DNA of 64,000 bases, from positions 46,810,001 through 46,874,000 of the forward strand of contig NC_086386.1 in assembly GCF_036588685.1 (NCBI RefSeq), written 5' to 3'. A program made the position numbers and the translations under genes. Shown piece by piece: positions 36,201 to 48,485 of this stretch. The notes beneath the pieces are model-generated. The model saw only the letters and a list, made by a program, of their open reading frames with translations. It searched no databases and was not told the DNA's origin. The stretch comes from Mytilus trossulus. Lineage: Eukaryota. Positions within the stretch are counted from its first letter, which is position 1. Each line of letters opens with the position of its first letter.

Positions 36201-39200
36201 AATGTCTGTGTCATTTGGTCTTCTCATTGGCAATCATATCACATCTTCTTTTTTTTATATATAATCATAGTATTCAATTTCTGGGAACTGTTATACATGG
36301 AGAGAAGCTTTAAGTAGAGAACACGATGGGACATATTGTCCAAATATTCGAAATCGTGGGAACTCATTTAATGAGAATACGTTCTTTGTAAGTATTTTAT
36401 TTTTCAATATTGCTTTTTAACACCAGAATTATAGTATCTATAGAGAAACTCTAATAGCAGAAATGAGGAGCAAGACAAGGTCTATTTATAAATAAAATGG
36501 CAGAAATCGTAACTCAGCTACTTATTCGATTGATTGATAAGTGTTTGCTTTACGCCGCATTAGCACAAAAAGGCTATATCGCGGCGATCTACTTATTCCA
36601 GTGATTGTTTTTAAATGAGAATTCTTACTCTATAGTAGCTAAAGAAAATGTGTTAATTTCAAAAATTATAAGTAAAGAGAAGATCTGCAAATAAGCCACA
36701 TAGCTGAAATTCTAAGTCCACTCCTTATAGGGGTTATTTCCACTAAGAAATATAATAAATGTTTCAACCTTGTCAAAAAGTTTTAAAAGACATTTATGTT
36801 CTTCCATTTTTTTCTACTTGTAAAAAACATCCTCTTTGAAAAGATACAATTTCTATAAATCCACATTTTTATACATGGTTTCATAATTTCCATTATCGCT
36901 ATACATGTTTTGAACAATACAAGAATGATATGTATATGAACTAAATCCTTTAACTGGTCCCAAGTAGATATAGGAAGATGTGGTGTGAGTGCCAATGAGA
37001 CAACTCTCCATCCAAATAACAATTTTAAAAAAGTAAACCATTATAGGTCAATGTACGGCCTTAAACACGGAGCCTTGGCTCACAAAGTATATAACTTTTT
37101 TACTTTTATTACTAGTTCATTATAGTCAGGAAAATGGCCATTGTTATATTATAGTCCGATTCTGTGTGTGTGTGTGACATTTTAAAGTTGTGTTGCCGTT
37201 GTGTCGTTTATTTTCTTTTACATTTGAGTGTGAATTCACCTTACTATAAGACGTGTCACGGTACTTTCCTATCCCAAATTCATGTATTTGGCTTTGATGT
37301 TATATTTGTTATTCCAATCAGATTTTGTCTAAAGTTCAGTCCGTTTCTGTGTGTGTTACATTTTAAAGTTGGGTCGTTGTTCTCCTTTTATATTGAATGC
37401 GTTTCCCACAGTTTTAGTTTGTTACCCCGATTTAGTTTTTTGTCCATAGATTTACGAGTTTTGAACAGCGGTATACTACTGTTACCTTTATGTATTTCGA
37501 AATAAAGCATACATACCCAGTTTAATAGTTATATTTAAAATATAATTGCACAGATTTGAAACTTCTTCTACATAAAATATGTTTTCTGGTGAACTAGCTA
37601 TATTTGAAAAATCAGTTCTTTCAGTTGGGTCATACATCAGTGATCCAACTCCTATGACGTAAATAGCTTGAACAGTTGATTTTAAAAAAAAAGCAGAGAA
37701 TTGTGTATTTGTTGGAGAGGTTGACTGTCCATACGTGATTAGTAGTAACGAAGACTGCGCGTCTGTTCTCATTCCTGATGATGAAATATAAATATTGTCT
37801 CTAATATGATCTAATGCTTTGTGCGTTTCACGACGACCATTTAAACTGTAGTTCTTGATTGCCATAATTGCATCCAGTAAACTAACTTTGTCACTTATAT
37901 CGTTAAGATCGAACTGTGTCTTTGGTAACGTGTTAAATGTGACTAGAGCCACCATATAATCATTCGGTCCTATTTTTAATCTATTAGTCATGTTGTAAAT
38001 GAAGTCTATGATTTGAGTGAATTCGTCCACTGCAACATCAGCAGTTGTATCAACCAAAAATGTAATATCTGTGAAAAGAAAATTGACAACATAAATGAAT
38101 ACAAGATGTACCGGTACTACAAAAAGACCGATAATATATCCAAAAGGCAATAAAACTTTTTATGCGACAATATTTGAAATTATTATGATAATGAAGATTT
38201 CCTTTCGAGAGTTCTAGTGTCTGTAAGACATGTTTGTCACCTTTTTTCTGCAACTGCAAAAAAACTGAGCGTCTTAAGAATTGGTACCGATCATATACAT
38301 GTATTTGTATGCTATAACACATTCTCCGCTCTATCATTTCTATATTTCTTGATTTTCTCATGCATATAAAATATGGATGTTTCATGTAAGTTATTTCCAT
38401 TGATACACACATAAGAGATTTAATGTCGGGTATTTTGTCTGGCCATGCCCCCATAACCTGGACCAAATTTTACTTGTTTTGTTGTGTTGAAATTGCTGCG
38501 ATCTATTGTCCTCGAATTTCAATATTTTTGTGATTTTACTTTTTTCAAACAACTTGTCGAAATGAAATTTTTCGATTTTCATTGTTTTTCAAACTCGTAT
38601 TTGATTTGCCAGTCGTGTGCAAGTGAAACGCACGTCTGACATATAAGAGTATAACCTGGTATTTTTGATGAGTTTTATTTAAAAAAGAAATCTCAAAAAA
38701 GCAACCAGCCGATGCATTTTCATACTTTACGCATAAATCAACCTGTATGAGACTTTTCATAAATTAAAAAAAAAGATTACTTGGGAAACTATTTCATACA
38801 TGTTCAGGGTGAGAACAAATAAATGAATTATACAAAAGACAGGTTATGCAATTTATGGGTCAAACGGGATGAAGGCCGGGTGTTTTGTTTTGCTACTGAA
38901 AATGAGGTTGTGTTTGATGAGGGAACATATTTTGCATTGCATCATTCATGTGTGGTCAATTGTACAAGGAGTTTTAACTTGAATTGTGTTTTCTGTTTTC
39001 TGTACATGAGACAATTTTATTCAATGTTTTTGACAACCATAGTAGCAAACCGGACGCCTGACATAAGCAAAGGTCAGACTCCCAGAAAGGGTGAAATTTT
39101 AGAAATGACAACATTTTTATATCCTCGCCAAAACTTATACAAAGTTATAAAGGAGGGGCGAAAGATACCAGAGGGACATTCAAATTCATGGATCGAAAAT

Positions 39201-39481
39201 AAACTGACATCGACAAGGCTAAAAAGAAAAACACAGACAAAAAATAGTACACAAGATACAGCATAGAAAACTACAGACTAAGCAATACGAGCACCACCAA
39301 AATCTGAATGTTATATCCGTAAAGATATGCAGATCCTGCTCCACATGTGGCATCGTGTAAAATTCACACACAAAGTTGAAACATATAAAAAAACAAACTC
39401 ACCATTTTTTGTAGACAGTGTTCTGTTCATAAGCAGCGTTATGCAAAGCGTGGTACACAAAATGGTGAATAAATGTTCCAT
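33281..39481 (-). CDS. Gene D: single-VWA type I membrane protein, about 379 aa, chimeric (5' C-like, 3' E-like), degenerate MIDAS, truncated tail
   Basis: join(39403-39481 signal MEHLFTILCTTLCITLLMNRTLSTKN; 37517-38068 VWA, about 75% identical to C by hand count; 34934-35173 DLNATQSEVDGCS stalk; 34536-34640 DNGTTAIHLNGCVSCYP stalk; 33761-33857 TM GVIIGILSSGLLNLVLIILVLYLLC; 33281-33347 tail EEKTNHDCTIDNADKETMTKV*). The last acceptor is uncertain. Confidence 0.82.
36528..36588 (-). mobile_element. 61-bp 5'-truncated retroposon (SINE/LINE 3' end) with 10-bp TSD
   Basis: CTACTTATTC direct repeats at 36518-36527 and 36589-36598. The insert ends in an (ATCA)n-like tail on the minus strand. Confidence 0.75.
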
Positions 39482-40513
39482 CCTTATCAATCGGATCTGA
39501 ATATTATGCTCTTTAGTAACTTTTGTTAATACAATGCACATACGAATTTGTTTTTTGGTAAAAATTTAACTTCATGTGATAAATTGCATCTTTCTATTAA
39601 ACATTTCGTAATCATATATAGCCTTACAAAATTAAATATCCTTTCAATTTTTCTACTTCGTTAAGTGATATTTTAAATAAATATTTTTGAACACAATAAC
39701 TTTCAAGGATGAATATGAGACAAATTTAATCATGCTGCGAGTATAGTCACAATGTTAAAATTACCTGACACTAGACGGGCTGAATAAGAAACAATAACAT
39801 TTTGATAAAATCGCAATCTTCTTTTTGTTTACTTTCTTTTTTTCAAATTGTGATCAGCCTTTGGTAATTCAATCCCTTTGTTCATGTTGTTGTTGAATGA
39901 ATCGTGGTAAACAAAAACAATCTTTATACAATCAAAGTTATCTAGCCATGAAACAATCATTTACAAATATTATTTACTGAAAACGATATGCAGTGACTCG
40001 GTAATCAAGTTTTGTACCATATAAAGTCATATGAAGTCTCTCTTTTATTTTGTTCATGTGAACTATTTTTCATATATACATAAAAAAAAACAATATGTAT
40101 CTTTATATGAATTGATGATTTGCACTGAAACACGCACGGGCATTGTTAATAAAATAGTCAAAAGACTTATAAGAATTCACTGACATAAAATACCAGAAAA
40201 TACCTATCAATTTATGGCAAAACTTTCACAATTAATATGTACAAAGTATTCTTGTCAATATGAAGGCTGCTTCGCAGTGAACTTCATTAAATAAAAACTT
40301 TAACTTGCCTTCAACAAAAACATTGATTCATAAAAAGATTGACAAACGGGTGGAAGAAAAGACCGATAAACATATTACCAAACGTATTGCTAATTTGTGA
40401 TTGGACAGTTAAATAGCAAAATCCAGTATATGCCACTAAGTGTTCTATTACTACATTTGTACTTTACATTTGGTAAGTGTTACCTATTAATGTGTTTATC
40501 CCGTTTCTGTATT

Positions 40514-40822
40514 TTACGGTATCATCAGCCCAGTAGTCAACATTTCGGTGTTGACATGAATATAAATAATGTGGTCATTTTTATAAATTTCCTGTTAACA
40601 AAAATTTGATTTTTTTTTAAACTAAGGATTTTCTTATCCCAGGTATAGATTACCTTAGCCGTATTTGGCACAACGTTTTGGAATTTTTGATCCTCAATGC
40701 TCTTCAACTTTGTAATTGTTTGGCTGTATAAATATTTTGATATGAGCGTCACTGATGAGTCTTATGTAGACGAAACGCGCGTCTGGCGTACTAAATTATA
40801 ATCCTGGTACCTTTGATAACCA
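40514..40822. mobile_element. Abundant dispersed repeat (related copies at about 2180-2290, 6480-6580, 23410-23750, 31250-31340, 42670-42860)
   Basis: Shared GAGCGTCACTGATGAGTCTT..GTAGACGAAACGCGCGTCTGGCGTA core. Confidence 0.7.
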
Positions 40823-42250
40823 TTTATACAACTGATTGGTCCATTATTTTCTCCATTTATTTTTAAATTGATTTTCTAGACCATTGGAAAGAGGTATATG
40901 TACCGATCGGTTATTTTGGTGTTTTTTATAATTTAATTTATATTCTCCAAATTTTTGTTGGTTTTTTTTTGTTGTTTTTTTTGTTGTTTACCATTAACCT
41001 GCTCAAGGTTAAAGATGTCATTATTTCTCTCTTTAATTCATTTCTATCAGACATAAATAAGACACCCCATAGAGCCTTTTGTTAACTTTATATCAATGCA
41101 TACCATTTTCTAATTTACTAAATCTTCTAGTACCTGTCATGTGAAATTGTGTTTAATAGTAGTCCGAAATCCAATAATGTAAATATGTGTTTTCGTATGT
41201 CAGGCTACACCACTGGTTATAATACCATTAGTAATACTTCTTCAAACTATTAATGCAACTGTCACATAAGTGAGAGGTTTATCTAGATATAAAACCAGGT
41301 TTAATCACCATTCCCTACATAAGAAAATGGATGTGTAACCGAGTCATTAACATGACAGATGTAACCATTCGTCATTTGATTTTGCCATTTGATTATGGCT
41401 TTTCAATTTGAAATTGTCCTCGGACTTTTAGTATTTTTATGATTCTACTTTTTAATATAACAAAATTTTAACATTCCGTATAACAAAAAGTAAAGTAACA
41501 AAAATACCAAACTACGAGGACATTTCAAAATGGAAGTAAAAAATTGAATGGTATAGTTATAACATCGAACACATCAAACTGGCTGTTGTAAATATTACAA
41601 ATTTAAATTAGACAAAGTTGGTTAAGAAACACAAATAAGGAAGGACACTCAAGTTTATTGAAATCATATCTAACAATAAAACCAGGTTCATTAACCAACC
41701 ATATTTTATTACAATGTTCTGTACGAAGTCAGGCATGGCATTTGATTTCAAATAGTTCATTTCTAAGTAAGCTGGTGTTTCTTTTTGTAGCAGTTTAGTG
41801 TTTTTGTTGTTCCGTTGTTTTCCTCTTATAGCTGATGTGCATCCCTCGGTTTTTTTGGCATGTTTCGGTTATCGATTTATGATTATTGAAATGCAGTATG
41901 CTACTGTTGCCTTTATTTAGAACACTTGGTGATGTACTTCGTCAAATTAATTGATATACCTTAAGTATTTGTTCGGAACGGTATCTAGTACAAAATGATG
42001 TTAAGACCAACAACATCAGATGAAAAGTATGTTATTTGCAATCGTCTGAATCCCGAATTCCATTTGAACAATTTATTCTTCTTGAGCTTTTCATATATAT
42101 ATATATAAAATAAAAATCAGAAAAAATAAAAAACCAAGTGCAATTAAAGATTAATTTCATATACCTTTTTTCTTTAATTATTCATTTATTAAGTTGTGGT
42201 CATGAAACAGGTCTAGCTAAATAATGTACTTAAACACAACCAATTATATT

Positions 42251-45200
42251 TCATATAGGAATTTTCACATCAATGATAGACGATGTGACACTTCTTTCAC
42301 CAAGATTTTCATACACTGAAGACAGTGTATCATTTTTGTCCATTGCTTTAGTAGTTTTGGAACTGAGGCTGGTAGTGTCTCTCTTGTACATGTGTCTCTT
42401 TTCTCCTAAACTTGTGTCATTGTACTCATTTACAGCCTTTACTATATCATCTTCTGGACGAATCTGGTCCTTTTTGTCTTTTCTTCTAAATGAAATAAAA
42501 AAATAATAAAACTGTAATTTGATTTATAGAAGATTCTATGAACTATAGTTATTTGACTCAAGATGAAATTTTTATTCTTTCCCTTAAAGCAAGCGTAAAA
42601 TGTTCTAAAGCAGAAAGTAACTCATCGAAGATTAAAATCATATAATTGTGTACGCGAGACGCGCGTTTTGCATAGATTACCTTAGCTGGATTTGGCAAAA
42701 CTTTTAGATATTTTGGTCATCAATGCTCTTCAACTTCGTACTTTATCTGGTCTTTTCAACCTTTTGGGATTCGAGCGTCACTGATGAGTCTTTTGTAGAC
42801 GAAACGCGCGTCTGGCGTATATACATAATTTTGTCCTGATATCTATGATGAGTTTATTTGTCTACATATATCTCAACAGTGGCACTCGAAACAACAAAAA
42901 AGTTGAAATTAAAGTCCAAATCAAAAATTGACGACCACTGGAAACCGAAAATAAAGTTTGTCTGTGGGTTTTTTTTTTTAGGAATCTGACGTTTTTAATG
43001 ATAAAATTAATTATAAATAACACTCATCATACCTTTTTCTTTTATACAAGAGGTATAATACGCAAGCTAAAATTGCTAGAATCAGTAAACATGCTAGCAG
43101 GATGCCTACTACGGCACCGATATCTAAACCTAAAATAAAGAAAATAGATATTTTTCAATTAGCCTTAACAATTAAAAAATAAACAAAAACAAATATGGGT
43201 ACTATTAAATCTCAAGTTGATAAATATGAAATAAAGCTAAAGTAATGGAAACCAATTTCGGGTTAAGATTTTAACCTTAGTAATTATAAATCAGAGCTGA
43301 TAATGAAATTGTGTTTATTTGTGCATCAGACATGACAAATATTTTAATAACCTGCATACGGTCAAGATGTAAACAGGGCTTATAATACGTTTATCATAGT
43401 TCGTGATATGTGTATTGGAGGAATAAAAAAAAAATGATTATTATACTAGTATACAACTTCAATACAAGATCATACAAGTGAAATTAACACATCACATTAA
43501 CACAAATTTGGTAGAGATGGAGCTGATAAAATAATAATCGGAATAAATAAATGTATGTGTCAGTATGGTTAGTATATTTGTCTTCATCCTCGACTTTTTC
43601 ATCACAATTTGCATTAATTGCTCCAAGGGTTTTCTCAATCTTTCAAAATGTTTGCAGTTGATTCATTCAAAATTGACAAGTTACTTTGACAGTGAATTAT
43701 TATAAGTATTAATGCGCAATAGTGTTATCGTAGTTGATGAAAATTATCCAATCAAATACCTTCGTTTGTTTGGGAAATTGGCGCCTCAGTCATTCTTTCT
43801 GTTGAAGTTATTTCTGTCGTCGTTGGCTCTACCCACTCATCACAACCATCCACCATTGTAACTGTTGTTTCATTATCTTTGAAGTAAAAAGGTGTATTTG
43901 TGAACATATCTTACATCATCAAACCATCTGAAGAGGTTAATAGAATTATTATAAGTAAACTGTAACAGAGTGTTAATTACCCCGACCTTACGCGTACGGT
44001 CGGACCATAAGTGTATATACCCATATGGTCATGATCATACGCGTATGGTCCAAATACTCATATGGTCTGGAACATTTCCATAGTTTACATTGTAGATTAA
44101 ACAAACGTGTGGCATTATTCACAAAATTTTAACAACCCATCATATGAGAAAGCTGATGATACTGCAAAATTGACAGATTATGGAAAATTTAAGAATTTAT
44201 CCATAGAATCTAATGGAAGGACAGTCTTGCTCTTTCTTAGACGTGAGTCTTTGTATTGTCTTCCAATACTTATTACTTTAGTAATATTTTTTTGTTTTAG
44301 GTACCAACTTTTCTTTAAATGTTTAATAATTATCACAATGTCTTTAACAACAACATGGCGAAATACCAAAAAGTATTATGCTCTTAGACATTCAAATTCA
44401 AATTCGATTTGACACATTTTTAAATTTTAAATTTTAACTACACAAGAAGTGCAAATAAATGCAGAAATTTGAATTGTAAATTATATCTACATTCAAATAT
44501 GTCTGAATAATTAAGTATATAATAATAACTTTATTATAATTGAGATTGTGACACATGTACAGTGATGACTGCTGTACACCTATTTTTACCTATTTTCTCT
44601 GTTTTGTTCACGCATCGTTGTAAATATATTGGAACTTGATGCAACAGTCATACAAGTGAGAGGTTTAGTGCTATCAAACAAAGTTTAATCCAACTTTTTC
44701 CGCCTATGAAAATGTCTGTACGAAGCCAGAAATATGACAGTTGTTATCCATTCGTTTGATGTGTTTGAGCTTTTGATTTTGTCATTTGATTAGGAATTAT
44801 ATCTAGAAAGTGACTATGAGGGTCGGTTGATGAAAAAAACTTTACAACTAAAGAGATGATTTGAGCTTCCCAATTGCGACATTTTCATCTTTAAACCAAG
44901 AGTTTCAAATGGTTAATTTGAAATCAACACTTCGTAAATTTTACAGACGCCATCATGAGTTAGTTGCCGTTATGGAATATTCGTCATACGTATGGTATCG
45001 GATATGTTCTCTTTGTCGTAATTACAATCCCGTTCCATTTTCACGAACGTGTCACCTACCAATTTTCTGGCTTTGTTATAACATGACCAACACGACAGGT
45101 GCTACATGTAAAGCTGGATCTGCTTACCCTTCCGAAGCACATGAAATCACCCCCAGTTTTTTATGGGGCTCGTGTTGTTCTTGTACTCCTATTTGTTACA

Positions 45201-47170
45201 TTTTGGTCACGTTTCATTGTCAATATAATGGAATCTGATGCGACTGTCGTACAAGTGAGAGGTTTCGCGCTATAAAAGCAAGTTCCATCCACCATTTTCT
45301 TATTTTTGTAAATGCCTGTACCCGGTCAGGAAAATGAACGTTAATGTCCATTCGTTTGGTGTGATTTATAATTTGATTTTGCCAATTGATTAGGGACTTT
45401 AAATTTCTGTTTTGAATTTTCCTCGGAGTTCAATATTTTTGTGATTTTACTTTTTATAATAAGTATTACAGTAACCATTAACTATTCAATATCTTATGCT
45501 TTATTAGATGCAAAATGAATTATAGTTAAACACCAAATAAATTAAAATCATGCTGAAACAATTCCATATCAATCTAAATGCAAACATAAAAGAGGGGGGA
45601 TAGGAGGGGTCCTAATCCCGAAATCCCGGGCTTAAAAACACGAAATCCCGAGGTCCCGAAATTCGAATAAAGAATTCCCGGATCCTGAGAGGGTCAATCC
45701 CGAGCTTAAAAACAACCGATCCCCGCCGGAATCCCGATAAAGGTCCTATCCCCCTCATAAAAGACTAGGATATCGAACATATCAATGGAATCGTGTTAAA
45801 ATATCTGATGACACGATAGATATAAAAAAAAAACTGCATTGGTTTGTACATTTACCATTCAGATTATTATTTGAGACTCACCAATCTTAGGTACAATGGA
45901 TGGCACAATTCCACAAAGATTTATAAATCCACCAATATATTCAACATAATAAGAGTCGGGATCGTTTGCGATTCCCTGCAATTCGTCATTTGTTTTAGAT
46001 AAATCTGAACCTATGCCTATAGCGAATACTTCTGCTCCATATGATGTTCTGAGATCGTTTGCTTTGTTTATAGTTTGAGGTGTATTAGTCGAAGGGCCGC
46101 TTTCTATCACAATAACAATTTTACCAGCATCACTGCGGCCCCCTTTTATGGAAAGGTAAAGTGTTTTCGTATATGTTAATGCGTCCATAGTTTTCCTCGA
46201 AGGAACGAATGATTGAGAGTATGCTATGTAGTTTATACCTGTCAGAAGACTTGCTTTGTTAGCATAATCGTCTAACTCAAATTCGGCGTTTGCCTCGTCA
46301 TCAAACTTAACGACTGCCATTCGAATGTCATTGTCGCCAATAGTAAGATATGATGTCACATTGTAAATGAAACTCATGGTCAATGCATGGTCAGTTGCTG
46401 ATATCGAACTTGAAGCATCTAACAACCAAATAACATCTACAACACAACAAATATGAGTAATCAATGTATGTAGCTACACTTGTAACGGAAGACGGTTTAC
46501 TTCAATTAAAACTCCCTTTTTAATCGAACTAGAATTGTCAATTTGTTAGTAAGAGAAATGTTTATCTTTAGAAATTCAAAACATTTATGAAAAAATTTGC
46601 GGGCTTTTATAGTAAGAACATTAATACATGACCAATATAGCTTACAAAGAAATTCTAACAGTAAAGAAATTATACTTGTCAGTTGATTTGTCAAATACGC
46701 ACATCGCAGATAGCAGCAGAGTCCAGAAATATAAATTTTCTAAAATGGCATCTACTAGTTGTAAATGAGTACAAATAAAGAAATATTGCATTCAATGGTT
46801 CATGTGACATTTTGAACATGGTTTGGCAATCTCTTGTTTTCTTTTATCATCCCTGGATGCTAAATTGTAGTCCTTCCCTTCTAGTATTCAAAACTTTTAA
46901 AAATTGCTTATAAATTACATCAAGAATAATAAAAGTATGTGTCTTCTCCTTCCAGAAACGATTGTATGCAACGCACAGCAAAGAAATGCAACTTAATTTT
47001 CTCTTAGTAAATTCACAATCCCCTCATACCGACTATTTTAATTCTGAATTTGCCTCCGCAGCCATCCTATTCAAGAGTATTTATTATGTTCCCATACCTT
47101 TATAAGATCCTCTACAGTTAGTAAACAAAAGTCCAAACATTATCAGAAACACCGTTGTTCTCAACATCAT
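42251..47170 (-). CDS. Gene E: single-VWA type I membrane protein, 358 aa, partial MIDAS, ITIM-like tail motif
   Basis: join(47098-47170 signal MMLRTTVFLIMFGLLFTNCRGSYK; 45882-46436 VWA with DASSS, PSRKT, IESG; 43760-43876 DNETTVTMVDGCDEW stalk; 43033-43129 TM IGAVVGILLACLLILAILACVIYLLY; 42251-42485 tail with SSVYENLG, ending DVKIPI*). 1077 nt, open frame, GT-AG. AATAAA at 42185-42190 on the minus strand. Confidence 0.9.
44800..45180 (+). mobile_element. Penelope-like retroelement 3' relic (internally deleted)
   Basis: KRDDLSFPIA and LNQEFQMVNLKSTLRKFYRRHHELV motifs, followed by the family tail. Confidence 0.65.
45592..45756. mobile_element. 165-bp MITE with 6-bp TSD and internal ATCCCG repeats
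   Basis: ATAAAA|GAGGGGGGATAGGA ... TCCTATCCCCCTC|ATAAAA. Confidence 0.82.
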
Positions 47171-48485
47171 GACACTTATTAAAAATCATTAAACTTCATA
47201 AACATAAATTACATATTTTTAAGAAAAAGTCCCTCCATTTTTTAAACTTTAAACAATAGCTATATCTAATACACAGCATAACAATTGCTGATTCATATTT
47301 TACTTATCGTCTTCATTGTGTATGTTCTTTCATCGCTCCAGTTCTTCAATTGAAATTTGCTATATCATTATTTGTTAAGTGAAAACTTAGTAGGGGAATT
47401 TAAATAGAAAGTGGGTCTCGTTCTACTGATATTTAACTATATGTTTATGTATGAATATGACAAAATAGAGCTATTTCATAAATCTATGTACGGTTTTCGG
47501 TTTATACCTATTCAAGCAACTAGCGATAATTCATGATGACGGCAGCGCCTATATTTCTACATTTTCCGATAGATACCTCATTTTTATTCTTAACTTTGTT
47601 TCTGGTGTGGTCTAAAAAGGGTTTGTTGGGTAAGAAATTCGAGAAATTTAGTTTGAGCTAAGTTGGTTTCATCTTTAAAGAAATATATCTTTTTGTCCAG
47701 TCTCACGCCCTGCAGAGGGAAAGACTCCATCTATTATGAAAGAGGGACGAAAGATACCAAAGGGACAGTAAAACTCATAAATCTAAAACAGACTGACAAC
47801 GCCATGGCTAAAAATGAAAAAGAAAAACAGAAAAACAATAGTACACATGACACAACATAGAAAACTAAAGAATAAACAACACGAACCCTAAGTCACTGAA
47901 ATGCTGACTCTAATAACTGTAACGGTAACGGTCAATTTCCTTTTATAGGATGATCTAGCGATAACTGATTTTTTTAAGGGCCAGCTGATGCCCGTCTCCT
48001 GGTGTGGGATTATCTCGCTGCGTCGAAGACTCACAGGTGGCCTTGAGCTTTTTGTGCTCTTTAATCGCGTTGTTGTCTCTTTGGCATAATTCCCGTTTCC
48101 ATTCTCGATTTTATGATGGTCCCGCATGGTATACATAGGTAACATCAAATATATCCAATCCATTTAATATTAAGGATAAATGGCCAAATAGGTGTTGGAA
48201 CCATGTAAGGCATTCCCCGCATTGATATTAGAGATATCATTTAAAATTTGGCGATGGTATTTCCGCAATATGTATTTTACTTACTACTGTGGGTGATGAA
48301 AACTACAACATTTGTACAAACACAATTTTTTTCCTTTTTTTTTCTCATTAAAAACTATGCAGGGAGGTCCTGAAAAAAACTGGAGCATAATAAAAAATTA
48401 CAAAACAAATACTAAAAATAAGGAGATGTGATATATAAGATTGCTAATATGAGACACCAATAACAGGGCAACAGACTTTTAATCA

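Noticed and set aside
38050-39266. 138-aa and 147-aa ORFs in gene D intron 1
   Set aside because: No recognisable domain or splice support; the second runs into a dispersed repeat.
11498-46464. The VWA ORFs as exons of one multi-VWA collagen VI/XII or matrilin gene
   Set aside because: One lies on the opposite strand, each has its own stalk, TM and stop exons, four have their own leader exons, and there are no Gly-X-Y repeats.
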